Below are positions 42,097-54,396 of a stretch of DNA of 64,000 bases, piece by piece. Every line of letters starts with the position of its first letter. The stretch's first letter is position 1. The DNA lies in assembly GCA_030141605.1 (NCBI GenBank), contig JAQGDQ010000075.1, forward strand, positions 648,269-712,268. The letters are read 5' to 3'. Both the position numbers and the translations under genes were made by a program. The DNA is from Tubiluchus corallicola. Taxonomy: Eukaryota > Animalia > Priapulida. The notes beneath the pieces were generated by a model. The model did not search any database. It was not told the DNA's origin and worked only from the letters and a program-made list of their open reading frames with translations.

Positions 42097-42172
42097 CAAC
42101 TGGATTGTCTACTCTCCTTATGATTTATATCTTTCGTTAGCCGCGGCCACGTGACGATTATTAATGACGTCA
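42097..42172 (-). promoter_or_regulatory. Core promoter: Inr-like CCAGTT (about 42101), TATAAA (42129-42124), E-box CACGTG (42148-42153), CRE TGACGTCA (42165-42172)
   Basis: Motifs read directly; TATA starts 28 nt upstream of the Inr A; locally CpG-rich. Confidence 0.75.
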
Positions 42173-43164
42173 TCACGCGGCTTCAGCGAAATCGCGATGA
42201 TGCTGCTACGCACTAATGATAGATCAGTTTATCGAGAAGTGGATGAACACATAAGATATAAACCCAAAGGAGAATCGCAATAAATGAATGTTTTTATTAT
42301 TATATCACGTGTTCCTATTTGATTAGTGTATGCCTAGTTATTTGTCCAGCTATTTTCCCTTGTTCGTATGACCTCGATTTCTAGGCTTACTGACGTATCC
42401 CATTAAATATCTTACTTGTAAAATATAATGTAGCTCCATCATAGTCACCACGGATAACTCGTTAACGTATTTTCCATACTAGTGCCATACCTAAGACAGC
42501 AGTTCAGTTTACATTACCATGCATAAATAAACGTTTTCGTTGCCGTTTATTTGGCCATTCTCAATACTTGTAATCTTAAAATTAAAATGTTTTATAGAAA
42601 TCCTTTAATGCATGCACAACTGTTGTTATAAAAGGCCCAATGTGCTACATCCAGCTAGGTCAGTGCTTTCAGAATCAGACGCAAACTGAACGTGGTACGC
42701 TCCCGGACCTTTGTTAGGCTCCAGCATAAATGCAACACAATGTTGTGACCTTTGGTATTTCTTTCGTTTATGTTGTTTATTGTTAAACTTTTCCTAATTT
42801 TGAGCCGCTTTTTTATTTTGACGAGTAATTTCTTCCAATTTTTATAACTGATTTTATGTTTCGAACAAACTTTACACTTGATTTTACCCTGCATTTCATG
42901 ATTTTGATCAGTTTTCCCCTAATTTTATACTGTATTTTAATTGTTAATCATAATTATAGATTATAGCTAGATTATAGAATATTATAGTTAGGTCATTCTT
43001 AGATTATAGATTTGAACCTATTTTAATCGCCCCAGTATGTTTTATGATTTCGTCTAATAGTTTTTAGCTGTGCACTATGTATAATCATACATCGCTTATC
43101 ACTTTTTGTATTTGCGGACTATTGTGGACATAATAGTCTGTAACTATTTTCAATGCAACTAAGA

Positions 43165-43220
43165 AAAATCTTATCTTATCTTATCTTTTCTTGTCTTGTC
43201 TTGTCTTGTCATGTCTTGTT

Positions 43221-43251
<31 letters not shown>

Positions 43252-43600
43252 TGTCCTGTCCTGTCCTGTCCTGTCCTGTCCTGTCCTGTCCTGTCCTGTC
43301 CTGTCCTGTCCTGTCCTGTCCTGTCCTGTCCTGTCCTGTCCTGTCCTGTCCTGTCCTGTCCTGTCCTGTCCTGTCCTGTCCTGTCCTGTCTTGTCTTGTC
43401 TTGTCTTGTCTTGTCTTGTCTTGTCTTGTCTTGTCTTGTCTGGTCCTGGTCTGGTCTGGTCTGGTCTGGTCTGGCCTGGCCTGGCCTGCCTTGGCCTGCT
43501 CTCGTCTCGATTTGCCTTGTCTTGTCCTGTCTTGCCTCGCCTCGTCTTGCCCTAGCCTTGCAGCCCTTGCCTTGCCTTGTCTTATGTTATCTTATCTTAT
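43165..43600. repeat. Compound pentanucleotide microsatellite (TCTTA/TCTTG/TCCTG/TCTGG/CCTTG)
   Basis: Read directly; source of the SCPVL ORFs. Confidence 0.95.
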
Positions 43601-46600
43601 TAGACGTTAAGAGTCACGAGTTATGTTTGCAAGGGTTCTCCCGGTCGCACAGAAATGGTAAACGGTATTCTAGGTGTTTCAACCTCTGAGCCGGTTGAAC
43701 AACATGCTAAATGCGCATTCGTCGATTAGTCAAGTTACATCCAGAAATAGTTTGGGAGACGAAAGATGTCGGAGGCTTTTCGATTGCTAGTCTGTGGAGC
43801 ACAGTTTTCGCTCCTCGTGCCTACTAATGTGTGGAACAGCGTCCAGCCCGCATTGTTACGATTATCTTCTTCAAAAATAATAAGTTATTAAAACTGTCGT
43901 AATTACAGTTCAGAAATACGTTCAAAAAGGTCAGTACTATTAAAGTTTTCCCAGCTGTAAACGGCAGCACAATTAAGTTAATAAATGTGAATTAAAAGCA
44001 CGAGCTAATTACATTTTTAATAGTGTCTCACGCGTGTTGATGAGACCCTTGCAACCAGCTCACGCATCTTCTGTCTGCAATGACACTAATTATTCTGCGC
44101 AAAGGCAAATATTATCTTTGTACATGTTTCCGTTGCAAAATCATTTTTTCTTATTAGTAACGTTTTAATTTTGTTAATAAAAAACAGAATTTCTACCTGT
44201 GTCGAGCACACAGATGGCCAAGACCGAGGATAAAATACAAGTAATACATATGGCTTTTATGTCTTGCTTTGAACTGAAGTCGAACTCAAAGAGGCTGAGC
44301 ACTCGAGATCGGCAGTAGATCGCGGTCCGACATTACAAGATTGTGACGTGTTTGCCATTAGCATCCAAAATAAAAGATCTGGAATTAATCGTGTTAGAAT
44401 CGTGTATTGTATAATGCAATTATTAATCGTGTATTGTATAATGCAAAAAGAGACTGTGCATTGTTCGTAAAAGCTATAAATTTAATGAAAAAGTTATAGG
44501 GCCTACTTTATGGTAAATTTAGAAGTTTATGTAATTACTTTTCAGGGAGAGTATTAAGGCTCATTCTGCCTGAAAAATCTGTTCTAAGACAAGAATAGAC
44601 ATTAATTGTTAAATCTTGGAATTCAAAGAATTCGTTCCGACAGAGAATTTGCCAACTTTCGTTTACTTTTGCCTACTCAATAAGTTTTTATAAAGCAATT
44701 TTATGCCATTACTAAATTTACAAGTGTAGAGTAATTTCTAATGAGAACTGTATTATAGAAATCTAATAGCTACTAATATAGTTAGTTGATTTGTTGGCTG
44801 GTTGGTTGGTTGATTGGTTGACTAGTTAGATGGACGAATGGATGGATGGCCAGTTGATCAGTAGGTTGGCTTGTTGATTAATTAGTTGGATAGTTGGATA
44901 GTTAGCTAGCTAGCTAGATGGATAGTAAGCTAGCTTACCAATTCCAATTATGTCGATCCATTCCAGACGGCAATTTCGGGTCCCACTTATGTGCCCCAGT
45001 GTAACGGATCCAGGGTCCAGCGCAGACCCGTCTCAAGATGTATAGAGCGGCATACAAGTTATGAAATACTACAGCAGACGAGGAAAGTTAAAGAGCCGGA
45101 ATACGAGTGTAAAATAAACTTTATTGCATAACTAGTAGCTCCAAAAGAATGACACGTGAACAGATTTTTGTATTTTAATTAGCAAGCCTACAGCACTCAC
45201 CTTTACAAACAGAAAGGCCGGGTTGGAATCGTCAAATTACGGTGTGCATTCTGCTTTATACAGGTGCATTTGCATTACTGGGCTTCTCAGCCATACCCGG
45301 CCGTTACCAACATTAGGGGTTGATCAAAATCTGCCTTCGTAACAATATGATAGCAAGGTCACCCAATTCTTCGCGTTTCGGGCTAGGTTATTTAAAGGGA
45401 AATAAATAATTAAATAATTAAAGCAAGGGGAAAAGGAATTTTAAAGAATGTCCCAAAAATATTCCTTGCGAAGTTATAAACGCTTACCTGCTTGAAAGAT
45501 TTATGTACCTGGAAAAGAAAATTCTTAGTAATTTAAAATGTTCGCGCCAACTCTAAAACGTCAGTGTTTCACTATCCCAGTGTGCACCAAAAGGCGTCAC
45601 TTACTTACAAAAAAACGTGTTATTAATCTTACGGACAAGATAAAAAAGCAATTGATGCCTTTGCTTAGTCAGCGAAGTGTGCGCTTTATGGATGCTCTGA
45701 TTTTTTTTTTAATTTAAATTTGCTTAAAATTCTTGTTAAACACCTTATTAAAATTTCTGCACCTGACTATCAGCGCGGGGAGTTTAAATTTACAAGTTTA
45801 TATCTTTACGTAAGTAAAAGGTTTTCTTGTCTTTTATAAAAAACCTTTTATTTTCGCGTGCGTTTAGTAAGTCGTAATCGTTAAATTTTAGTTGGTTCTG
45901 TTACTAACACTTCCACTAATAATTAACAATACGTGTCCTTTCCGGTGCTTATTCAATAAAATTACATACTTGTTAAGTAAAAGAGCATAATTATTACAAC
46001 ATCCGTTATCTGAACAAAAAGAAAAAAGATTAAAAAACTGTTGCCTGATAAAATAATTTGCGCAACTTTAAGAACCTTTAAGAACGCAACTGTAACAGAA
46101 ACATTTAATTCAGCAATGCCTGAACACACCACTGTGAGCTCTTTTTACACAGATACTGGCCATTTGCTAGTCTTTCATTTCAGAGAAACGCTCCAGGGAC
46201 AACATTTCTTAACGCTACACATCTTCACTGTCTTTGATCAAGCATCCTTTTCAAAATACTTTATGACATTTATAAAGCACTGGCTCCGGGATATTTAAAC
46301 GCAATTAACTGTCTAGCGTTAAGACCGCTATAGTCTCAAGTTGTTAATTTAGTTTATTGGCATAGAAAAGAAGTTCTATTATTCTGAGAGAACGAATGAA
46401 ACATTTGGGATTTGGGTCTATAGGTGTAAGCTAGTATTAAGTTAATTCTGCTAATATACTTGCAAGAACTGAAGTTCGGCAGCTGCACCGTACTTGAAGA
46501 ATCATACATCAAACAAAATTTATCGACATAATATCTGATTGATCATTGACGGTTTACATAAGCCGAAAAAAGGTAAAGAAATAAATCACATTTTGGACTA

Positions 46601-47187
46601 TTTTAGTCAGTTTTCTTTGCAAAATGTAAGCTTCCCAGCTTGAAAGGATAAAAACGGCCCGAATTGGCAATAGTAAGTTAGCCCGTTTTATGATTGGTGT
46701 TATAGCCCCATACAGACTTTCAAAAATTTCCCCAAACACCATGTCTTTGGCGTCACGTTTTTGGAGTTTCACTGTTCCTTGGAGAGATGGCAATCAGGGC
46801 GGCAGGTCGTGAATAAAACATCTCTATGGAGCAAAATGGGGATTGTGTGCTCCAAACTCTATTTTTGGGATTTCTCGCTCAAAAAATTAAGTCATCGAAT
46901 ATTCATTGCCATGTATTTTTTGCTTAATACTACTAAGTGTCAGCATCAGTGTATGTCCGCCGACGTGCTTGCGTTTCCCGGAAATTTATGCAGCTATTGG
47001 GTTATGAGTCCAACATTTCAAACAATATATCAAACATTTTTGGGTAAGGTTGAGCAAGGTAACGGTAGTAAAGACCACAGAAAAATAAGACAAAAGTAAA
47101 AAGCAATGGTAAAATATAATATGCAACTATAAATCAAGTTAACACAGCAGTACAAGGTGGTACATACTAAAACAGTGACTAATTGTA

Positions 47188-47813
47188 CGGAACAATTTAT
47201 TACATCAAAGTTTTGCTGAAACAAGAAAAATCTGTCATGTCATCTGTGTGTGAAAGACTCACGCATCTCGCAAAGCCTGCAATCTTGATCGGTATGATTG
47301 GAGCAACAACTCAAAAATTCTGGGATTGATTTCTTAGATCAAACTGAAATTTTCTGAATAGCCTAGAAATTCTCCAGACCTCAACCTCGTAGAACTCATG
47401 GGCGCTTTCCTGAAAAGTGATCAATATATTGATTAGCATTCAAAAGAGAAACTTGTGAGACATCTGCAAGATGTGTCGGAAGATCTTGAGTTCGACACTG
47501 ATCTGTCTGAACAGCTGCATTAAAACACCCTAATGTAAAGTTTTAGATTCCGATACGTAGAGAAAAAGGCATATTCAGGGATAGAAATTTTGCGAATTAA
47601 AGTTTACAGGAAAAAATCACCCGTAAACTAAACATATCTTTTTTTAGGAAATTACCTACTTAGAGACTGAACTGTATTGAAGCCAATATGAATAAAGCGG
47701 ATTTTAATTTCTCGACACACACCTCAAGATGTGGGTTAAATTATACACTAAATATTGAAGGCATGACAGATTTTTATTGTTTCAACAATTCTTTGATGTA
47801 ATAAATTATTCTG
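47188..47813 (+). mobile_element. Internally deleted Tc1/mariner transposon
   Basis: About 55-bp imperfect TIRs (aatttattacatcaaag...aaaaatctgtcatg / catgacagattttt...ctttgatgtaataaatt), TA on both sides. Remnant PRNSPDLNLVE near 47362-47395 matches the Tc1 WP.NSPDLNPIE motif. Confidence 0.85.
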
Positions 47814-48644
47814 TACTATTAAGTAACAAACTTAAGTGAGGCACACCAATATTTTGACAGTTTGCATTTGCTGAACATTATTCATGCTCACTGTTTTAGT
47901 TTTTACTGAGCTTAGTTTTTGCTGCTGCATTTGTTAATCCAAATAGCAGAACAGTCATTTTAAATTTTTAATACACTTTCTCGGCTCTATATGATTTGCT
48001 ATTACGGTTAAAGTTTTTATTGACGCAGCTATACCTTGCTTAGGCTCCTTAATAGGAACATCTAATTTCCAACCAGTTTTCCTATAATTACCTTATCATA
48101 CGTTTTATTAAAGGTTTCAAACCTAAAAAAGTAGCGTGTACGTCCCTTTCGTTGTGAAGTTCTACTGAAGATGGCGCTACATCCTGATTCGTTCGAGTTT
48201 CTGCAATACTCACTGCAGCTTGTGCGATTAATTTTTAACCAGTTTAAATTCATTTTTATCGTATCGTGTACTTTGCTTATTTTGTAAAAGTGAAAGGTAA
48301 CAAGTCAAAATTATTAATTATTGATTCACGGTTTCAGGAAAAAGAACGTCAGTGTGTTACTCATGGGCTCAGCTTGATCAAACCACATATCTTTTTGGCG
48401 AAATCGGAAAGTGCTTTTGCAATCACATTGGATTCCGCTAATAAATTTTTCTAAGAAAAGAGTTGATACCAGCTCATGGTAATAAAGCTGTATTTTTTCA
48501 TCATCATAATATCAGTTTTCGAACCGCTGCTAAAAGCTAATTTTTTGTTTTCAGGGTTGGCATAGTTCAGTTAATTACTGGACTTTATTTGCTGGTAACA
48601 TGGGTGAGCATGGAAACGCTGGTTAGTTTTTTTTGTTCAGAGCG

Positions 48645-48810
48645 AAGGACGCAGCTGAATGGTGATTATGCGTGCTTAGTGACCGAAGTTAAGCAACATC
48701 GGGCCCGATCTATGAATATGTGGACGGTCGCTTTTGTGCAATTTCAACTGCTAGGTATACTTTCCCGCTGTTCACTCTTACTGGAAGAGGATGTATGTCA
48801 ATCCAAAGGT
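48645..48810 (+). mobile_element. SINE copy with tRNA-like/5S-derived head
   Basis: cagctgaatggt...gaccgaagttaagcaacatcgggccc and downstream ggaagaggatgta shared with other copies. Confidence 0.6.
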
Positions 48811-49091
48811 GACTGTAACACTCTAATCTTTTCATTTCAGAAGCTTCCTACATCCGCTTACATTAAGGCAGTGCTGTTCAGTGTTACTTTCTGGTTTGCT
48901 GTGTGCTGAACTGTATGAAGACGTGATCTTACAATCAGCTGCTCAGTTATCGTGACATGTATGAACTTGTTATCTCTTTTTGTTCCTGTAACTCCTAAGT
49001 TCGACATGGTCTTGTAAAGGACTTAGGAACAATTGCATTTAATCATTAAAATAATAAAATACAGTTAAGCTTAAAAAATTATCGTCGTTTT

Positions 49092-49285
49092 AGACGACGA
49101 CGATCACCACCACCACCACGACCAAAACGGTTGTCGCCGCCGCCGCGGCCTCCACCTCCACCACCACAACCACCATCTCCACCACGACCACCACCGCCGC
49201 CACAACAACAACAACGACAACAACAATAACAACAACATCAACAACAACAACAAGAACAGCAACAACAACAGCGACAACAACACAA
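49092..49285. repeat. Compound (CAC/CGC/CAA)n trinucleotide repeat
   Basis: Read directly; source of the poly-V/poly-L ORFs. Confidence 0.9.
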
Positions 49286-50289
49286 AGGTACTCATTACAG
49301 TCTGTGCATGTCCAAAGGTGATACTGAACATCGGCAAAACAACAACATGGATAAGCTAGCAACAGCAACTAAGCTGTCTTAAGCTTTAATTAATCTAATT
49401 ACGTGCGTCATGTAAAGGCGGCTATTCTTTTAAACATATACAGGAGTATTCGGTGAATTTGGACAGATCAAGATAGATGAACAGCAGTCTCAAGGAAGAG
49501 CGTATGAATTGCTTTGCGATGTTCAAAAATTCTTAAAACGTCTTTGATTTCAAATGTCAAACTTAATTAATAATGTCGTTTGCTGGAGAGGGGGTGTTGA
49601 TGGTAACAAGACTGAACCCGTTTTGGTGCTCCTGTTTACTGTTATGTAACTGTGGTAGCATCTGATGTCATGTATTATGCACAATTCCAGCGATAATGAA
49701 GTGCTAAAAATCATTAGCAGCCATTCGATTATCTAATATTAAAGGAGGTGGTGCAGCCACCGTGTGAAAGCGAAGTTGGATAAAACAGCAACAATAAGGA
49801 AGTCAGGGTTTCTTTTTTTCAAAAGTCAAAAGAGAAAAGAGATTTTGTTGGAAGATTGTTTCTCTCTACAGCAAGTGTCCAAAAGGCAAATGGGAGTGTA
49901 ATGAGGACATCATTAGTAATCACTTTTTATTAGTGTACTTCTATAAAGTGGAAAACTGCCAGGAAGCTTATTTCATGATTAAAATTAGTATCTTGCGAGT
50001 AACAGGAATAAAAACAAAATAGGGAGGTAAGCAGAATACATATAAATCTTATCTTACTAATTATATTAATAGTTCCTAAGCATGCTATTCGTTAAAAGGA
50101 TTTAAACTGTGTAATTAATTTTGTGTTCGTAGAGCGTTTTATTGATAAGGTTGGGAGTGGTAATAAGAGATGCTTGAAGTACCAGAAGTGAAGAAGTATT
50201 CGTTGATGGATAGTACAGGACTCAAACATTATACTGTCTTATTCAATAGCAGCGGTTTCACAGTTCGGATTGAAAAGACTGAAAAACGT

Positions 50290-50660
50290 TTGTGCATGCT
50301 TCGCTGCTAATTTCAAACCGTGTACGGGTTCGTGCTTTAAATTGACTGTCTTTTACTCCAGTTCAGGCTTTATATTGTAAATACTGTAAATTGTCAGCCA
50401 ATGTTATTTATTATTATTATGGCAAAACAAAGCGCTACCTAATCACAAGAACTGGCGAACATTCTGGCATCTCTGCCTTAACTAGAAGAGAAATTACTGC
50501 GTCTGATGATTCTGTTATAAAAAACACATTGCTCTCACTGGCAACCCTATTTCCAATAACTACTTCAAAAATGTTGACATCGTCATCATCATATAATATT
50601 CATTCTTTCATTTTCATGTGACTGACGATGGACTTAGCGCGTTCGAAAGCTACATTATTA
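50290..50660 (+). mobile_element. Penelope-like element fragment (GIY-YIG endonuclease remnant plus hammerhead motif)
   Basis: YYGKTKRYLITRTGEHSGISALT resembles the PLE Y.G.T.R.L..R..EH motif; ctgacga-tggac..gttc-gaaa at 50622-50648. Confidence 0.75.
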
Positions 50661-50922
50661 ACTTTAAAATATTATTTCATTGCTGTGTTTATTAGTTATT
50701 GACCAGCACCATATAGGTCTCTACACTACAATACACGTATTTTTCCTGATGACTAGCCCAAACAATAAGCCTTTTCACGGTTTCGTTGTTTCTCAGCTTC
50801 TACTTTTCCAACTGTTTTTTATTTCTTTTTTCCATTGTGACTTCAGTAAGCGTTGTATTGTCCCAACGTTTATATGTAAATCATACATAATCATGCAATC
50901 TCTGCAATAAGCCGTTTCATTG

Positions 50923-50955
50923 TGCGCACGCGCAGTTGCTGTAGGTCAAAGGTTA
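50923..50955 (+). promoter_or_regulatory. Candidate promoter: NRF1-like TGCGCACGCGCA plus nuclear-receptor DR1-like AGGTCAaAGGTTA
   Basis: Motifs read directly, upstream of a donor site at 51135. Confidence 0.45.
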
Positions 50956-50959
50956 AGTG

Positions 50960-51134
50960 TTCCCAGCAACGCGTCTTAAATACAACCGTAAAGTGTGGGT
51001 AAAGCAAAGCCGTCTGTCGCATCAGTTTAAGTAACTTCAGTTGTTTTACGTGGATTTTACTCAGTTATGAATAAGTCTGAGCGTAAAGTGATTTATTAGC
51101 AGGATCTTGCTTGGGAACAAGAAAAATGAACTAG
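50960..51134 (+). other. Candidate non-coding first exon of the mucin-like gene
   Basis: Follows the promoter motifs and ends at TAG/GTAAAG. A strong acceptor (ctattttacag, 54357) precedes the mucin ATG. The start coordinate is approximate. Confidence 0.4.
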
Positions 51135-52689
51135 GTAAAGGTTTTATCTAGCTGTTAAATGCGTTGTGTGGTACACTTAAGTTTTGACCTTTTCACGATT
51201 ATCATCAATCGCTTAACCTGTGAAAAGGCTTATTGACGAAACACTTGTTGACTCATAGTTAATTATAGATTCTTTACCGAAAAATGACCAACTGAACAGT
51301 CTGATCATTCTTGTCTTTTATTAAATGTCAACGCGTAGGTAAAACATTTCCAATATAACAGACGTAACAAGTCAACATAATCAGAATCCAGTAAACAACA
51401 ATTAAAAGCCAAGGGGTACACACCTTCAGAGAAATTACCAGCAATACCAACCCAGACAAATTCGTGTCTTTTTGTGAAACTCCTTTTAACTGTCAAATGT
51501 ATATAACAAACCAGTCAGAATGAAAGCCAATATGTCGTCAGTTATCAAAAGCTTTTAAGTGCAGGTGAGATGCTGAGATACGATACTCCTGATTATAAAA
51601 AATCAAGTTGCCTGCAAGTAACGCACAACAAAACGCTAAAACTGTAATCGGTCTAACTCTACTGGCAAACTATAAGCTCTCGGTCTATAAAAAATTCTGT
51701 TTAATTGTAACTATTAAAGTAAAATAAACTAAAAATTAAAACCACAATAATTGAAATATAGTTGTGTAGTGTAACTTAACGCAACAATTACACAGTCGAT
51801 ACGACGACAACCACACAATAGATCAAAATTATTAGAACTCGCTAACCTAGAATTTGCAAATATGGGCCTACATCTTTAAATGTCTTAAAAGGATTACTTT
51901 AATCATAAAATTTACCGTTTTAGTTTGCATAAATGCTTCAAAAAAAGTCAGTGTTTTGCGTAGTTTTCACGGCCCTGTGCCAAATTCGGGTGGAAATCCC
52001 TACAATGCTGAGTCGGGATCTTTAGCTGCCTTTTCCACATGAGCATCCCACTCCATCAAATGCATAAGGTCCCTGCACAATAATTATTACAGCATGGGCC
52101 GGACAAGTCAGGCAACAAAACGCTGCGCCTTAGAGAGTTTTCTGCATGTGTTTCTATTATTATCTGGCAAAGTTTTTAACTTTTTTAATCTAAATTAATC
52201 AAAAAATAGCACTGACGTTTACACTGACGATCCTCCTTAAAGGTTCCCCTTTGCCCCATCTGGTGAATTGTTGTATCTGCTGCCATTACAATGTCAGCTA
52301 AAAGGCGACCTACGCTTCTTAAAGGAATAAAAAATTAGTCTCAGGTAGGAGCTTTACTACACTGAATTAAAAATCTGCCAATGGATTAAGCGCCATTTTG
52401 CTAACCTGCTATGTTGGCAATAACGGATGACGCAAGGTTTCTATTAGACATTATAAATATTATATTTATTATAAGGGCGGGGTTAAAAGGATGTCCGGGG
52501 GAGGCGCTAGTGAAGCATAGCTTTGAAAATGGTTTGAAAATGTGTTATCCTTCAAACAAACAAACGTGTACACTGATTTTTTTACACAATTCAGAATCCA
52601 GTAAGCCAGAATTCAGCATTCAGTGACAGATCTTGCTCGAATTAGATTGTAGTAGCATGGAAAGACCAGGACCACAACTTGACTCGTTA

Positions 52690-52895
52690 TCAAAGCTACG
52701 CCTCTAAGTTGGGCCCCCTAACTGACAGAGGTATTTCAGCCATGTTCCAATGTGTGTACATCCTCTTTCCACGAGATAAACAGGCCGAATCAGCATGGCG
52801 AATGAAACCACACAGAGCACCCGTTCACTTAAGGACTAGACTCGGTGCTATCTTAACTTCGGTAGTCAAGTTTCCGCCACTACCACTGGGCCATG
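52690..52895 (-). mobile_element. SINE copy with tRNA-like/5S-derived head
   Basis: Minus strand tggcccagtggtag...accgaagttaag...gtttatctcgtggaaagaggatgta matches the family. Confidence 0.6.
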
Positions 52896-53144
52896 TACTT
52901 CGCGTCAAATGTGAGACAAAAGTGTCGTGAATGTCCTTAACATCTAGTTATCTTTGCCATAGAAGGCCTAAATGTCTCGTGGATTCATTGATAATGTCTG
53001 ATTTTTTCACACTATTCCAAACCATTGCATATTTAGATGTAATACGTAGGTAAATGCAGTTCATGAGAGCACTGATAACTGAATAAGTTTAATTCCTGGA
53101 CATTTTAAATTTAATTTAAGCCAATTTTATTATAGGCACGTAAA

Positions 53145-53615
53145 AACATTTGTAGTTAAAAACAACGCAACTTTATTAAAAACGTTTACATTAGTTTTAC
53201 ATTAAAAACTTGTACTATAACTGGGACTCATTAATAAAAGAAAGTTTGTCTATGTACCCTAATAAGCCTTCTCTTAATGTTCAAAGCAGTTCAATTCCTT
53301 TAATTTTATTTTCAAACATTTAGCGATTTGTTTCTGTGTCAATTTCTTAGGTCTGTTTACCTGTTTGGCTTTTGTAAACACATAATTGCTGCTTAAGTTG
53401 CTGTACCAATTTCTTTACTGGTCTGTTTATTCATTGCCTGTTTGGCTTCTTTTAACTACTTATTTAGTGCAATATAGGCTCTGCCTATATAAACTGGTTG
53501 TATGTTTGTAAATGTACCACCGGTGATGACAGCAGCAGCTAGTCGAAACGTCTGGCATGATTTTAACTTTCTAATGTAAAAGTTTTTAATAAAATTGTTG
53601 TTTTTAACCATAAAT
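53145..53615 (+). mobile_element. Penelope-like 3' end with inverted terminal duplication
   Basis: LIKESLSMYPNKPSLNVQSSSIPLILF (PLE C-terminus-like) at about 53227-53312; hammerhead-like tgatgac...gtcgaaac at 53524-53549; 53148-53195 is inverted relative to 53571-53615. Confidence 0.7.
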
Positions 53616-53859
53616 TTAATTTGTTATCACCCATAATCTGGACGACATCACTATATGACTGCAGTTCGCTTTCTATATTTTATGCGACAAGTCGCGATCA
53701 TAAGCTACACTATCGTCAGCGTGCATTTTAACAAATCATTTGCTTGTGATGAAAATAATAATGGAGTAATATCAGACCGCAAATAGTCACCGGATTTATT
53801 TGATCTTGAGTTTGGCTCTTTCACTACTTAACTCCATACGCTACAGCCTGGCAGTCAAG

Positions 53860-54065
53860 TAACACCAAACTTTGTCCAAAACCTATTCTATAAACCAGTA
53901 ACTTGTTTAAATAATGTTGTGATCGTCATAGAAGCATCAAAAGATTTTCTCGAGGCCTGCAACCTAATGAGTTATCAGTAATTAATTACCAATTCATCAA
54001 TTAACTTTATTAAAGCAGCTTCAATGCTATATTTAGGGCGAAAACCAGGTACGCGGAATGGCAGT
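53860..54065 (-). mobile_element. Short LINE reverse-transcriptase fragment
   Basis: GFRPKYSIEAALIKLIDEL matches the RT motif Q.GFR..HST.TAL..L.D. Confidence 0.65.
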
Positions 54066-54396
54066 TTTTGGACCCTTACAACCTCACTATACACATATAA
54101 CGCAACGCAATGCAACGCACCGAAAAACACAACACAGCAGAATGCAATTAGACTTATGGTATAGTATAATTGACACATTTTGAGCTTCAACGCGCTCCAT
54201 ATGCCCAGCGCCATGTTTTAGCACTTGTATGCCACATTTCTTGAATTATGCCCAAACTTAGTCTTACTCGAAGCCATTACTAAATTTTCGATGTTTAATT
54301 TTCAGTCATTAATTTTCAAAACTTCAATATTTACTACTAAAAAACTCTATTTTACAGGTTACTGCAAAATTCGTCCTCACTGCCGATTATTGAAGA

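Noticed and set aside
45000-45610. Possible solo LTR starting TGTAAC
   Set aside because: No matching target-site duplication, second LTR or internal domain found.
48170-48909. Plus-strand small exons (acceptors near 48554 and 48840) suggesting a short membrane protein
   Set aside because: No coherent start-to-stop spliced ORF; could be a non-coding transcript but is unsupported.
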